From Eledone cirrhosa (Eukaryota), in NCBI GenBank assembly GCA_964016885.1, contig OZ024744.1, positions 50,406,001 to 50,470,000 on the forward strand: a stretch of DNA of 64,000 nt, in the 5' to 3' direction. Made by a program: the position numbers and the translations under genes. Each line of letters begins with the position of its first letter. Positions within the stretch are counted from its first letter, which is position 1. Positions 10,470-22,149 of the stretch are shown here, piece by piece. The notes under the pieces are model-generated. The model had not been told where the DNA came from and made no database searches. It saw only the letters and a program-made list of their open reading frames with translations.

Positions 10470-13400
10470 TACGTGGGTAAAGAACGATGCTATAAGCTTT
10501 TCTGGGTGGGAAATGACAATGGGTTGGGTGGGGTAGGAATCACGGTAGCAGAAAAGTGGGCAGATAAGATAATAGACGTAAATAGAGTGAACGACAGAAT
10601 AATTAAAATAAGACTTGTCCTCAATAAAACTATGGTGACAGTAATATCTGCGTACGCACCCCAATCCGGACTGCCCGGCGCTATAAAAGACAGATTCTAC
10701 GAGACACTGATACGCGCTACCTCCCAAATAACCGACAGTGACTATATAGTTATTGCAGGCGACCTAAATGGTCACGTTGGACAACATTGTGACGGCTATG
10801 ACGGAATCCATGGAGGCTATGGGTTCGGTACTAGAAATGAGGAAGGCTCCAGAATCCTGGAATTCTGCGACGCAAATAACTTAACTATCTGTAACACTAA
10901 CTTCAAAAAACGAGACAATCACTTGATCACCTATAGATCGGGGGAACACACAAGCCAGGTAGATTATATCCTTACCAGAAGACGTGACAGAGTGTCTGTT
11001 GTTAACACTAAATCCCTCCCCCATGAAGAATTCACCTCCCAACATAGACTGATAATTAGCGACCTCATAGTCAGGACGAGACGTACTAGACAGCGGAAGA
11101 GGACTATCCTCAGGAGAAAAATATGGAAGCTAAAGGACCCCATAGCCAGAAATAAATTTCAAAGCATATTACTTGACGCTTTCGACAGTAAGGAAGAGCA
11201 ATTAGAGTCGTATAATATAGAGGAACAGTGGGAATTCCTGAGAGCAAACCTGCTGACGGCGGCAGACGAAGTGTGGCTGGAGCAGGCCTGTAGGTAGGAG
11301 GAGAGTAACATGGTGGTGGAACAGTAAGGTGGAGGAGTCAATTAAGGCCAAAAAGCAGGCTTGGAAAGTATGGCGGGATGGGGGAAGTAGAGAAGACTAT
11401 CAAGTGGCCAGGAGGGAAGCTAGGAGACAAGTGTACTTCGCAAGAAGGGAAGCAGAGGAAAGAAAGTTCAAGCATGTTCTACAACGTGAGGACCAAAAAC
11501 GTGAGGTGTTCAGGATTGCCAGGCAATGTGTCAAGGAAAACCGTGATATTGTCGGGGAGAAGTGTGTACTTAACGATGATGGCATACTTGCCATCACCGA
11601 CGCTGATAAGAAGGTAGCTTGGAAGTGTCACTACGAAAGGCTTCTAAATGAGGAGAACAAATGGGAGAAAGACAGTCTCCCCCACATCGACCCAATAGAG
11701 GGACCAGCAGTGTTAGTCCAGGGTAGTACAATAAGCAAGGCAATCAAAGATATGAAGACGGGTAAGGCGGCTGGTCCTTCGGAAATAGTTGCTGAGATGC
11801 TGAAGGCATCTGGTTCGGTGGGACACACCATGGTCACCCGGATAGTTAACCAAGTCGTACAGAATGGGGTTGTTCCAAAGGACTGGCGTAGCAGCATCAT
11901 CGTTAACTGCTATAAGGGAAAAGGAGATGCCCTAGATAGGAGTAACTATAGAGGCATTAAATTAATCGACCAGGTCATGAAGGTCACGGAAAAAGTAATA
12001 GCGCAACTAATCAGAGAGAGAATTGATCTAGATGAAATGCAGTTCGGGTTTGTGTCAGGCAAAAGTACCACAGACGCTCTTTTCATTGTACGACAACTAC
12101 AGGAGAAGTACCTAGCTAAAAGTAAACCCCTATACTTAGCTTTCGTCGACTTGGAGAAAGCCTTCGACAGAGTCCCCCGTTCCATTATCTGGTGGTCTCT
12201 TAGAAAACTAGGTGTTGACGAATGGCTTGTGAGAGCTATACAAGCCATGTATAAAGAAACAGTCAGTAAGGTTAGAATTAACAACGAATATAGTGAAGAG
12301 TTTAGCGTAAAAGTTGGTGTCCATCAGGGCTCTGTTCTTAGCCCCCTACTATTTATTATTGCCCTTCAGGCTATAACAGAGGAGTTCAAGACCGGCTGCC
12401 CATGGGAACTCCTATACGCAGATGATCTAACGCTCATAACTGAATCAATGACCGAACTAGAGAAGAAATTCCAAACATGGAAGCACGGCCTAAAATCAAA
12501 AGGCCTTAAAATTAACCTGGCTAAGACTAAAGTTCTAGTTTGTAGGAAAGAAAATAAGGCGGCGGTCCCATCTGGGAAATGGCCATGCTCAGTGTGTAGG
12601 AAAGGCGTAGGTAGAAACTCCATTTTATGTCCCAAATGCAAAGTATGGGTGCACAAAAGATGTAGTGGGATCACAGGTAAGCTAACTAAGAACATAGATT
12701 TTACATGTGGCCGGTGCTCTGGTGCAATAAGTAGCAGCAAGTGCCCACAAAATACTAGCTACTTCAACTGCGCAGAGGGTTCTATAGAAATAGTGGACAG
12801 CTTCCGTTACCTGGGTGACAAAATCAGCAGTGGGGGAGGGTGCTCTGAAAGTACAGTAGCTAGAGTCAGAACTGGATGGAAAAAGTTCAGAGAGCTTATA
12901 CCACTATTAGCCGCGAGAGGGTTCTCCCTAAAAATGAAAGGCAGGTTATACGATGCCTGCATACGAACAGCAATGCTGCATGGCAGTGAGACCTGGGCAT
13001 TGTGTGCAGAGGATATACGCAGACTAGAGAGGAACGAAGCTTGCATGCTCCGCTGGATGTGCAATAGTAATATACGTGAACAGCAAAGCATAAACGAACT
13101 AAGGAAAAAATTAGAAATAAGAGGGATCAGATGTTGTTTACTCGAGAGAAGGTTACGTTGGTACGGTCACGTGATGCGCATGAAAGACGACAGCTGTATA
13201 ACAAAGTGCAGGGCAATAAAGATAGACGGTAGCCATGGAGAAGGCAGACCCAGAAAAACATGGGACGAGCTGATAAATTCCGACCTCACACGCTTACACC
13301 TCTCCAAGATAATGTCACTGGACCGAGACCTTTGGCGGTACTCAGTAATAGAGAAGACCCGCCTTACCTAAATACAAAGTAAAAACCTACTACAGTCAGT

Positions 13401-13875
13401 ACATCTCTATCAAAACACACCCCCGTCCCACCACCTCCACCCCATCCACACCGCCCCTTTCAATGTAAAGTTATGTTGGTCCCACAACATCCAGGCCGAA
13501 ACAAATGAGATCGTGTAGGTGTCACGACAAAAAAACACACAGTCCACGCTGTAAATGTGGCCGTGTAGGCAACACGGTAAAAACCTCCCAGCCCCACACT
13601 GTAAATGTGGTTGGTGTTAGGAAGTGCATCCAGCTGTAGAAAACCCGCCAGACAGTCCACGCTGTAATGTGACCGTGTAGGCAACACGGTAAAAACCTCC
13701 CAGCCCCACACTGTAAATGTGGTTGGTGTTAGGAAGGGCATCCAACTGTAGAAAACCCGCCAGACAGTCCTATGCGAGCAAGACAACCACTCTTGCCTCA
13801 AGTGGGAAAACCCCCGTCCAAACCCATGCAAGCGTGGAACACGGACGCTAAACCTGATGATGATGATGATGATGA

Positions 13876-13878
<3 letters not shown>
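10470..13878 (+). mobile_element. Young RTE LINE, 5'-truncated, one frameshift, long 3' UTR
   Basis: ORFs 10422-11297 (APE: SAYAPQ, GDLNGHVG, SQVDY) and 11329-13371 (RT); frameshift near 11270; (GAT)n tail. Confidence 0.97.
11329..13371 (+). CDS. RTE reverse transcriptase with embedded PHD-type zinc finger
   Basis: NYRGIKL, FVDLEKAFD, GVHQGSVLSPLLF, LLYADDL, C4HC3 motif, FRYLG. Confidence 0.93.
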   Translation: MEESIKAKKQAWKVWRDGGSREDYQVARREARRQVYFARREAEERKFKHVLQREDQKREVFRIARQCVKENRDIVGEKCVLNDDGILAITDADKKVAWKCHYERLLNEENKWEKDSLPHIDPIEGPAVLVQGSTISKAIKDMKTGKAAGPSEIVAEMLKASGSVGHTMVTRIVNQVVQNGVVPKDWRSSIIVNCYKGKGDALDRSNYRGIKLIDQVMKVTEKVIAQLIRERIDLDEMQFGFVSGKSTTDALFIVRQLQEKYLAKSKPLYLAFVDLEKAFDRVPRSIIWWSLRKLGVDEWLVRAIQAMYKETVSKVRINNEYSEEFSVKVGVHQGSVLSPLLFIIALQAITEEFKTGCPWELLYADDLTLITESMTELEKKFQTWKHGLKSKGLKINLAKTKVLVCRKENKAAVPSGKWPCSVCRKGVGRNSILCPKCKVWVHKRCSGITGKLTKNIDFTCGRCSGAISSSKCPQNTSYFNCAEGSIEIVDSFRYLGDKISSGGGCSESTVARVRTGWKKFRELIPLLAARGFSLKMKGRLYDACIRTAMLHGSETWALCAEDIRRLERNEACMLRWMCNSNIREQQSINELRKKLEIRGIRCCLLERRLRWYGHVMRMKDDSCITKCRAIKIDGSHGEGRPRKTWDELINSDLTRLHLSKIMSLDRDLWRYSVIEKTRLT

Positions 13879-13970
<92 letters not shown>

Positions 13971-13989
13971 TATACATACATATATATAT

Positions 13990-16467
13990 ATCATCATCAT
14001 CATCATCAACGTTTAACGTCCGTGTTCCACAGGTTTGGACAGGGGTAGTCCCACTTGAAGCAAGAGTAATTGTCTTGCTCGCATAGGACAATCTGGCAGG
14101 TTTTCTACAGTTGGATGCCCTTCCTAACACCAACCACATTTACAGTGTGGGTCTGGGAGGTTTTTACCGTGTTGCCTACACGGCCACATTACAGCGTGGA
14201 CTGTGTGTTTTTTTGTCGTGACACCTACACGATCTCATTTGTTTCGGCCTGGATGGCGCGGCACCAACATAACTTTACATAGAACGGGGTGGTGTGGGTG
14301 GGGTGGGGGTGGTGGTGGTGGGACGGGGTGTATTTTGTTAGAGATGCCTACTGGCTGGAGTAGGTTTTACTATATATTTAGGTAAGGCGGGTCTTCTCTG
14401 TTACTGAGTACCGCCAAAGGTCTCGGTCCAGTGACATTGTCTTGGAGAGGTGTAAGTGTGTGATGTCGGAGTTTATCAGCTCGTCCCAGGTTTTTCTAGG
14501 TCTGCCTATTCCGTGACTACCGTCTATCTTTATTGCCCTGCACTTTGTTATACAGCTATCGACTTTCATGCGCATCACGTGTCCATACCAACGTAGCCTT
14601 CTCTCGAGTAAACAACATCTGATCCCTCTTATCTCTAATTTTTTCCTTAGTTCGTTTATGCTTTGCCGTTCACATATATTACTGTTACACATCCAGCGGA
14701 GCATGCAAGCTTCGTTCCTCTCTAGTCTGCATATATCCTCTGCACACAATGCCCAGGTCTCACTGCCATGCAGCATTGCTGTTCGTATGCAGGCATCGTA
14801 CAACCTGCCTTTCATTTTTAGGGAGAACCCTTTAGCAGCTAATAGTGGTATAAGCTCTCTGAACTTTTTCCAACCAGTTCTGACTCTAGCTACAGTACTT
14901 TCAGAGCACCCTCCCCCACTGCTGATTTTATCGCCCAGGTAACGGAAGTTGTCCACTATTTCTATAGAACCCTCTGCGCAATTGAAAGAGCTAGTATTTT
15001 GTGGGCACTTGCTGCTACTTATTGCACCAGAACACCGGCCACATGTAAAATCTATGTTCTTAGTTAGCTTACCTGTGATCCCACTACATCTTTTATGCAC
15101 CCATACTTTGCATTTAGGACATAAAATGGAGTTTCTACCTACGCCTTTCCTACATACCAAGCACGACCATTTCCCAGAAGGGATCGCCGCCTTGTTTTCT
15201 TTCCTACAAACTAGAACTTTGGTCTTAGCCAGGTTAATTTTAAGTCCTTTTGACTCTAGGCCGTGCTTCCATGTTTGGAATTTCTTCTCTAGCTCGGCCA
15301 TTGATTCCGCTATGAGTGTCAGGTCGTCTGCGTATAGGAGTTCCCATGGGCAGCCTGTCTTGAACTCCTCTGTTATAGCCTGAAGGGCAATAATAAATAG
15401 TAGGGGGCTGAGAACAGAGCCCTGATGGACGCCAACTTTTACGCTAAACTCTTCACTATATTCGTTGTTAATTCTAACCTTGCTGACTGTTTCTTTATAC
15501 ATGGCTTGTATAGCCCTCACAAGCCATTCGTCAACGCCTAGTTTTCTAAGAGCCCACCAGATAATGGAGCGGGGACTCTGTCGAAGGCTTTCTCCAAGTC
15601 GACAAAAGCTAAGTAGAGGGGTTTACCTTTAGCTAGGTACTTCTCCTGTAGTTGTCGTACTATGAAAAGAGCGTCTGTGGTACTTTTGCCTGACACAAAC
15701 CCGAACTGCATTTCATCTAGGTCAATTCTCTCTCTGATTAGTTGCGCTATTACTTTTTCCGTGACCTTCATGACCTGGTCGATTAATTTAATGCCTCTAT
15801 AGTTACTCCTATCTAGGGCATCTCCTTTACCCTTATAACAGTTAACGATGATGCTGCTATGCCAGTCCTTCGGAACAACCCCATTCTGTACGACTTGGTT
15901 AACTATGCGGGTGACCATGGTGTGTCCCACCGTGCCAGATGCCTTCAGCATCTCAGCAACTATTTCTGAAGGCCCAGCCGCCTTACCCGTCTTCATATCC
16001 TTGATTGCCTTACTTATTATACTCCCCTCGACTAACACTGCTGGTCCCTCTATTGGGTCGATATGGGGGAGACTGTCTTTCTCCCATTTATTCTCCTCAT
16101 TTAGTAGCCTTTCATAGTGACACTTCCAAGCTACCTTCTTATCAGCGTCGGTGATGGCAAGTGTGCCATTGTCGTTTAGTACACACTTCTCCCCGACAAT
16201 ATCACGGTTTTCCTTGACGCATTGCCTAGCAATCCTGAACACCTCACGTTTTTGGTCATCGCGTTGTAGAACATGCTTGAACTTTCTTTCCTCAGCTTCC
16301 CTTCTTGCTAAGTACACTTGTCTCCTAGCTTCCCTCCTGGCCACTTGATAGTCTTCTCTACTTCCCCCATCCCGCCATACTTTCCAAGCCTGCTTTTTGG
16401 CCTTAATTGACCCCTCCACCTTACTGTTCCACCACCATGTTACTCTCCTCCTGCCTACAGGCCTGCT

Positions 16468-16469
<2 letters not shown>
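13990..16469 (-). mobile_element. RTE LINE copy, inverted partner of 11277-13878
   Basis: ORFs 15538-16419 and 14378-15520 nearly identical in protein to 11329-13371; begins at an (AT)n run. Confidence 0.97.
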
Positions 16470-16523
<54 letters not shown>

Positions 16524-16564
16524 GATATTAATAAATGGAAACTATATTTATAAAACCATATTTA

Positions 16565-16630
16565 TTTCATTATACATATTTCAGGGATACCACATTAAAT
16601 TATGGTATGCCTTCATCAGACAAAAGACAA
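16565..16630 (-). ncRNA. Minimal hammerhead-ribozyme-like motif, probably degenerate
   Basis: CUGAUGA, 12-bp stem II with 11 pairs, GAAA, UAU, GUA; stem I pairs poorly. Confidence 0.5.
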
Positions 16631-16980
16631 TATATAACAGTTTTACAAATAGCTTTGACGAACCCTTTTAAAATGCAACCATTACTTTTGGAAGCTGTCT
16701 GGATTAGACAGAAACATTGGAAACAGAGGTGGTGAAGGTGAAAGTGGGATGAAAAGATTGAACATATATATATATATATATCTTTCGTTCAATCTTTTCA
16801 TCCCGCTCTCACCTTCACCACCTCTGTCTCCAACACTTCTGTCTAATTTCTTGATATCTCACTCTCTTTGTATCGATCACAGTCACCACATCCTCTCTAC
16901 TTCCACCTTCTATAAACCTACTGACTCCCACTCTTATCTCGACTTTACCTCCTCCCATCCAACCCACAATCAGTTTGATT
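16570..16980. mobile_element. Penelope-like element fragments, head-to-head
   Basis: Plus strand from 16787 reads QSFHPALTFT..FLDI and STFYKPTDSHSYLDFTSSHP (PLE RT C-terminus/thumb); inverted copy at 16703-16763. Confidence 0.8.
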
Positions 16981-17493
16981 TTCCTATCCCCAATTTCTTT
17001 AATATTACGCATATATGTTCATGCTTACTAACATACTTTTGCTCACAACTTCATACTTACAAGCACACAGACATTCTTTTACTTACATATACACACACAT
17101 ATCCTCTTAGCTTCGTAAGGATGTATGATATCACACACGCATACACATACACACACACACGGATAGTTCTATATACAAAACGGTTTTTTTTTTCCATTTC
17201 AGGTAGACACGCTCTATCATCCACTTTTCTAAAAAAAAGTATATAATACACAAAACACCAACACCAACAGTTTTCCAAGAGATGGCAACATGAATTGACC
17301 TGTTACTTTTCGCTGAAACGTTTTTTTCCAATTCTGCCCTGCCCATCCCTTCAATCTTTCTAATTTCTCATTCTCTCATCTGATGAAGGACTAGCATCCT
17401 TGTTATTTCAAGTGTTAAACCAATATATTCCTTCCATATACTGTACCGATTGTGTTGTTATTTCTGTTTACCTTTTACATATATATATATATC

Positions 17494-18740
17494 AGAGTGC
17501 CCCATGACATAATTTGGTGGGCTCTTAGAAAACTAGGAGTAGATGAGTGGCTTGTGAAGGCTGTACAAGTCATATATAGGGGAGCAGTCGGCAAAGTCTG
17601 GATTAAGAATGACTCATCATCGTCATCATCATTATCATTTAACATCTATATTCCACGCTAGCATGGGTTAGACTATAGTGAGGAATTTAGCGTACAAGTT
17701 GGCATCCACCAGGGCTCTGTTCTTAGCCCTCTCCTGCTTATTATACTATTGCAGGCTAAAACCAGAGGAGTTTAAGACCAGCTGCCCATGGGAACCTCTG
17801 TATGCAGTTGATCTTACACTTATAGCTAAATCTATGGTGGAACTACAAAAGAAATTTCAAACATGGAAGCAGGGACTAGAAAGAAAGGGTCTTAAAGTCA
17901 ACCTGACAAAGACTAAGGTCCTAGTAAGTAGAAGAGAAAACAGAACCCAGATCCCCTCTGGGAAATGGCCTTGTCCTGTATGTAGGAAAGGTGTTGGTAG
18001 ATATTCGATCCTCTGCCCCATATGCAAAATGTGGATACACAAGAGATGTAGTGGGATCTCAGGAAGTTTAGCTAAGAATGTAGGCTTTACATGTAGCAGT
18101 TGCACTGGAACAGTAAGCAGCAAAAGACTGCAGGAAACAAGCACTACCAAATTCTCAGAGGGTTCTGTAGAAACAGTAGATAGCTTCTGCTACTTAGGTG
18201 ACCAAATTAGCAGCGATGGTGAGTGTTCTGAAAGTACAGTAGCCAGAGTAAGAACGGGATGGAGGAAGTTCAGAGAGCTACTACCACTGCTGGCTACAAA
18301 ATGCTTCTCCCTCAGAATGAAAGGCAGACTGTATGATGCATGCGTACGTACAGCTATGTTGCATGGTAGTGAGACTTGGGCGTTGTGTGCAGAAGACTTG
18401 TGTAGATTGGAAAGAAATGAAGCCTAGATGCTCCGATGGATGTGTAATAGTAATATTCGAGAACAGCGAAGCATAAACTGAGAGAGAAACTAGGCATAAG
18501 AGGAATCAAATGCTGTGTGCAGGAGAGGAGCTTGCGTTGGTATGAATATGTGTTGCAAATGAAGGATGACAGCTGCATAAAAAACTGCAGAGTAGTCAAA
18601 GTCATTGGAAGCCTTGGAGTGTGGAGACCCAGGAAGACCTGAGATGAGATGATAAAAGCCGACCTTGCCCAATTACACTTCGCAGAGGAGATGACACATG
18701 ACCAGGATCTCTGGCAATATGCAGTAATACAGAAGACTTT
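17494..18740 (+). mobile_element. Decayed RTE LINE (RT to C-terminus)
   Basis: IIWWALRKLGVDEW, GKWPCPVC, LHGSETW. Confidence 0.9.
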
Positions 18741-18744
18741 CCAC

Positions 18745-20545
18745 AAGCACAAGCTGAAGCATATGTACAGCTCAGAGAGAGACTAAAGAAAGAAAGTTTG
18801 CCAATGTCTTGAGACTTGAGGATCAGAAACACAAAGTGTTCCACATTACAAGGCAGTGTGTGAGTGTGAATCATGATGTTATTGGGGAAAAGTGTGTTAG
18901 AAATGACACTGGTGCACTAAGTACCAATGATGCTCAAAAGAAAGAGGCCTGGAGATGTTACTATGAGGCTGATGAATGTAGAGAATGAATGGGAGGAAGA
19001 GAGACTACTCCTAACTTACCCAACAGAAGGGCCAACCATTGAAGTTGACAGTTATAGGGTTAAAGAAGCAAATAAAGAGATGAAAAATGGTAAAGTTACA
19101 GACCATCAGAAATAGTTACTGAGATGCTAAAAAGATTGAGAGAAAAGTAGAGTCTTACTAGTAACCTGCATAGTCAATCAAGTAATAAGGACAGAGTCAT
19201 ACCCAATGACTGGTGTAGCTGTTCAAACATAAATTACTACAAGGGCAAAGTTAATGCCATAGAAAGGAGCAACTACAGAGGAATAAAACTAATGAACCAA
19301 GTTATGAAAGTGATAGAAAGAGTTATAGTGCAACTAATTAGAGAAAGAGTCAAATTAGACAAGATACAATTTGGTTTCATGCCTGGGAAAGGTACTACAG
19401 ACACCCTCATTTTATTGAGGCAACTACAAGAGAAGTTCTTTGTCAAAAATAAGCCACTATATTTAGCTTTCATTGATCTAGAAAAACTGTTTCCCAGAGT
19501 ACCCCGATCTATTATCTGGTGGTCCTTAATGAAATTAAGTGTAGAAATATGGTTGGTGAGAGTAGTGCAAGTCATGTACTGAGGAGTTGTCAGAAAAGTG
19601 AGAATAGGAAGTGAGTCTGGTGAGGAATTAAAGGTACAAGTAGGAGTTCAACAATGTTCGGTTCTTAAGCCCATTGTTGTTCATCATAGTTCTCCAGGCT
19701 ATAACAGTGGAGTATAAATCTGGTTGTCCATGGGAACTTCTCTGTGTAGATAACCTGGTCCTTATAGCTGAATTTGGAATCAAAATGTCTGAGAATAAAC
19801 TTAGACAAAACTCAAGTGTTAGTGAGTAGGAGAGATGATAGGACCCTGATTCCTTCAGGGAAGTGACCCTGCTCAATATGTAGAAAGGGAGTAGGCATAA
19901 ACTCCATATAATGTACACAATGTAAATCTTGAGTACACCAGAGATGAAGTAGGATAACCAGTAGATACACAGGGGTAACCAAAGGGAATATAGCCAGTGA
20001 TGTAAACCTATTCCAGTCACAGGAAGTACCCATAGACATGTTGATAGCTTCTGCTATCTAGGTGACATAATTAGTAATGGAGTGGAGGGGGTGATCTGAG
20101 AACATAATAGCTAGAATAAGGATAGGATAGAAAAAGTTTAGAGAGCTACTACCACTGTTGACAACAAAAGGTTTATCCCTATGTACAAAAGGATGACTGT
20201 ATGATCCCTGTGTGTGAAGTGCAGTGCAGCATGGTAGTGAAACATGGGCTGTGGCTGCAGAGGACATGTGCAGAAGGAGAGAAGACTACATTGGTACAGA
20301 TATGTGATGCACATGAACAATGTCTGTTGGGTAAAGAAGTGCCAGGAAATGCCAGTAGAAGGAGGTCTCAGAAGAGGTAAATCAAGAAAGAACTGGACAG
20401 AGGTTGTGCGGGCTGACCCCAAATCACTGAGACTCACAAAGGCAATGACAAAAGATTGTGGCATGTGGAGAAACACCATGTCAAGCAGGACCTGTGCAAC
20501 CCATGCAAGCATGGAAAAGCAGATGTGATGATGATGGTGATGATA
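18745..20545 (+). mobile_element. Decayed RTE LINE with tail
   Basis: QFGFMPGKGTTD, LYLAFIDLEK; tail ACCCATGCAAGCATGGAAAAGCAGATG(TGA)n. Confidence 0.9.
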
Positions 20546-20652
20546 TATATTTCCTTGCTAACAGAGATAATGGATATCAAATTATAATATATTTGTGTGC
20601 GTGTATCATCATCATCATCATCATCATCATCATTTAACGTCCATCTTCCGCG

Positions 20653-20685
<33 letters not shown>

Positions 20686-20689
<4 letters not shown>

Positions 20690-20833
20690 GCAAAAAAGCA
20701 CCCAGCACTCACTGTAAATGAGGTTGGTGTTAGGAAGGGCATCCAGCTGTAGAAATCAAGCCAGCATCAGTTTCCGTCCCACCCTTGCAAGCAGGGAAAA
20801 AGTGGACGTAAAATGAAATGATGATGATGATGA

Positions 20834-20838
<5 letters not shown>
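20686..20838 (+). mobile_element. 5'-truncated RTE-tailed SINE within (AT)n
   Basis: Nearly identical to the 3' half of the SINE at 10098-10432. Confidence 0.9.
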
Positions 20839-20881
<43 letters not shown>

Positions 20882-20884
20882 TGT

Positions 20885-21211
20885 TATACTTGGGGAGGGT
20901 CATATTCGTGTAGTAATATTGCCAGAATTAATAGCAGAACACACTCACTGTTAGGTTGGTTTTTGCTTCTGTGTCTTTTATATCGGTTAATTTAATTTTT
21001 TTATTTTTTTTATTCGGTCCTCAATTGACTGACCAACGGTCAAAAATACAGATATAATATAGACACAAACACATATATATAGTCTAACAAAGACTAAAAA
21101 TTAAATTAACCGATATAAAAGACACAGAAGCGAAAACCAACCAAACAGTGAGTGTGTTCTGTTATTAATTCTGGCAATATTATTACAACAATATGACCCT
21201 CCCCAAGTATA
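20885..21211. repeat. Inverted repeat with ~115-bp arms
   Basis: TATACTTGGGGAGGGTCATATT...TTAATTTAATTTTT (20885-21000) mirrored at 21096-21211. Confidence 0.85.
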
Positions 21212-21294
21212 TATATTTGTTTCAACGCACGATTTCATATCAAAAACCTCGCAAAACTAATTCATCGCCGTTATATATATATATATATTTGTGC

Positions 21295-21330
<36 letters not shown>

Positions 21331-22149
21331 ATATATATGTATATATGTATGTATGTATACATATCCATGTGATGTTGATGGACGTGAGAATGAGTACTTA
21401 ATATCGAAATACAATTTAAATATTCTTTATTATGACTAAGAGATGGGTCTTGGTACTCTAGAATTTCACTTGTGTACTCATAGGATCAGAGTCTTTTTTG
21501 ATGATCCTCTGAGTACGCAAGTGAAACCCAGAATAACAAAACTCATCACTTAGCCATATTTGAGAATATAATTACCTGTGTGTTTTGGGGTATCAATAAG
21601 CTAGTTATATGACAAATGTTACTAAATCCCTCTATATTCTCGATTGTTTTCATAATTATTTGCAAACTATGGACAGTGTCTTTTATAAGAAATATGGTAA
21701 TGAAAGAGTTAAGTGTTTATATTTATCTAAAAACTTTGTAACCTAATTTTATGTAAAAACCTCTTAAGTTATATTCCAAACACCAACTTAAAAATGAGAA
21801 AGTTATTTACATTACTAGTATTACTAACTTGAAATCCTTTCCAAAATTATTTGAAAACCATTAGCAGCATATACTAATAAAAGGGTTAAATTTTAATAAA
21901 CCTTTCCAACTTAATATTGTGAAAGTTAGTTATATTGTTAGATGTACGGTTACGAAAGGGTTGAAGTGTTTATATTTATCTAAAGACTGTTCATTATAAT
22001 TTTATGAAGAATCTTTACTAAGCTATATTCCTAATACTAACTTAACTATTTTTATTCCTGGTTCTATTATACAAAGTTAACTACTTGATATCAACTCACC
22101 CAAAACTAATACCACGGCTTCCATAATGCAAAACGGTGTTTGTCTTGAA

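Noticed and set aside
13460-14139. ORFs rich in YI, D or S repeats (also 7887-8430 and 61686-61985)
   Set aside because: They are translations of (AT)n, (GAT)n and (ACT)n microsatellites.
11378-16348. Many antisense or overlapping ORFs on LINE copies
   Set aside because: Shadow frames of RT ORFs with no independent motifs.
17376-17420. Second hammerhead (CTGATGAAGGA..TCCTT)
   Set aside because: No GAAA follows stem II; at best a decayed PLE end.
21690-22060. Duplicated AT-rich block with AAAGGGTTAA ends
   Set aside because: Probably decayed TTAA-MITE pieces; boundaries cannot be defined.
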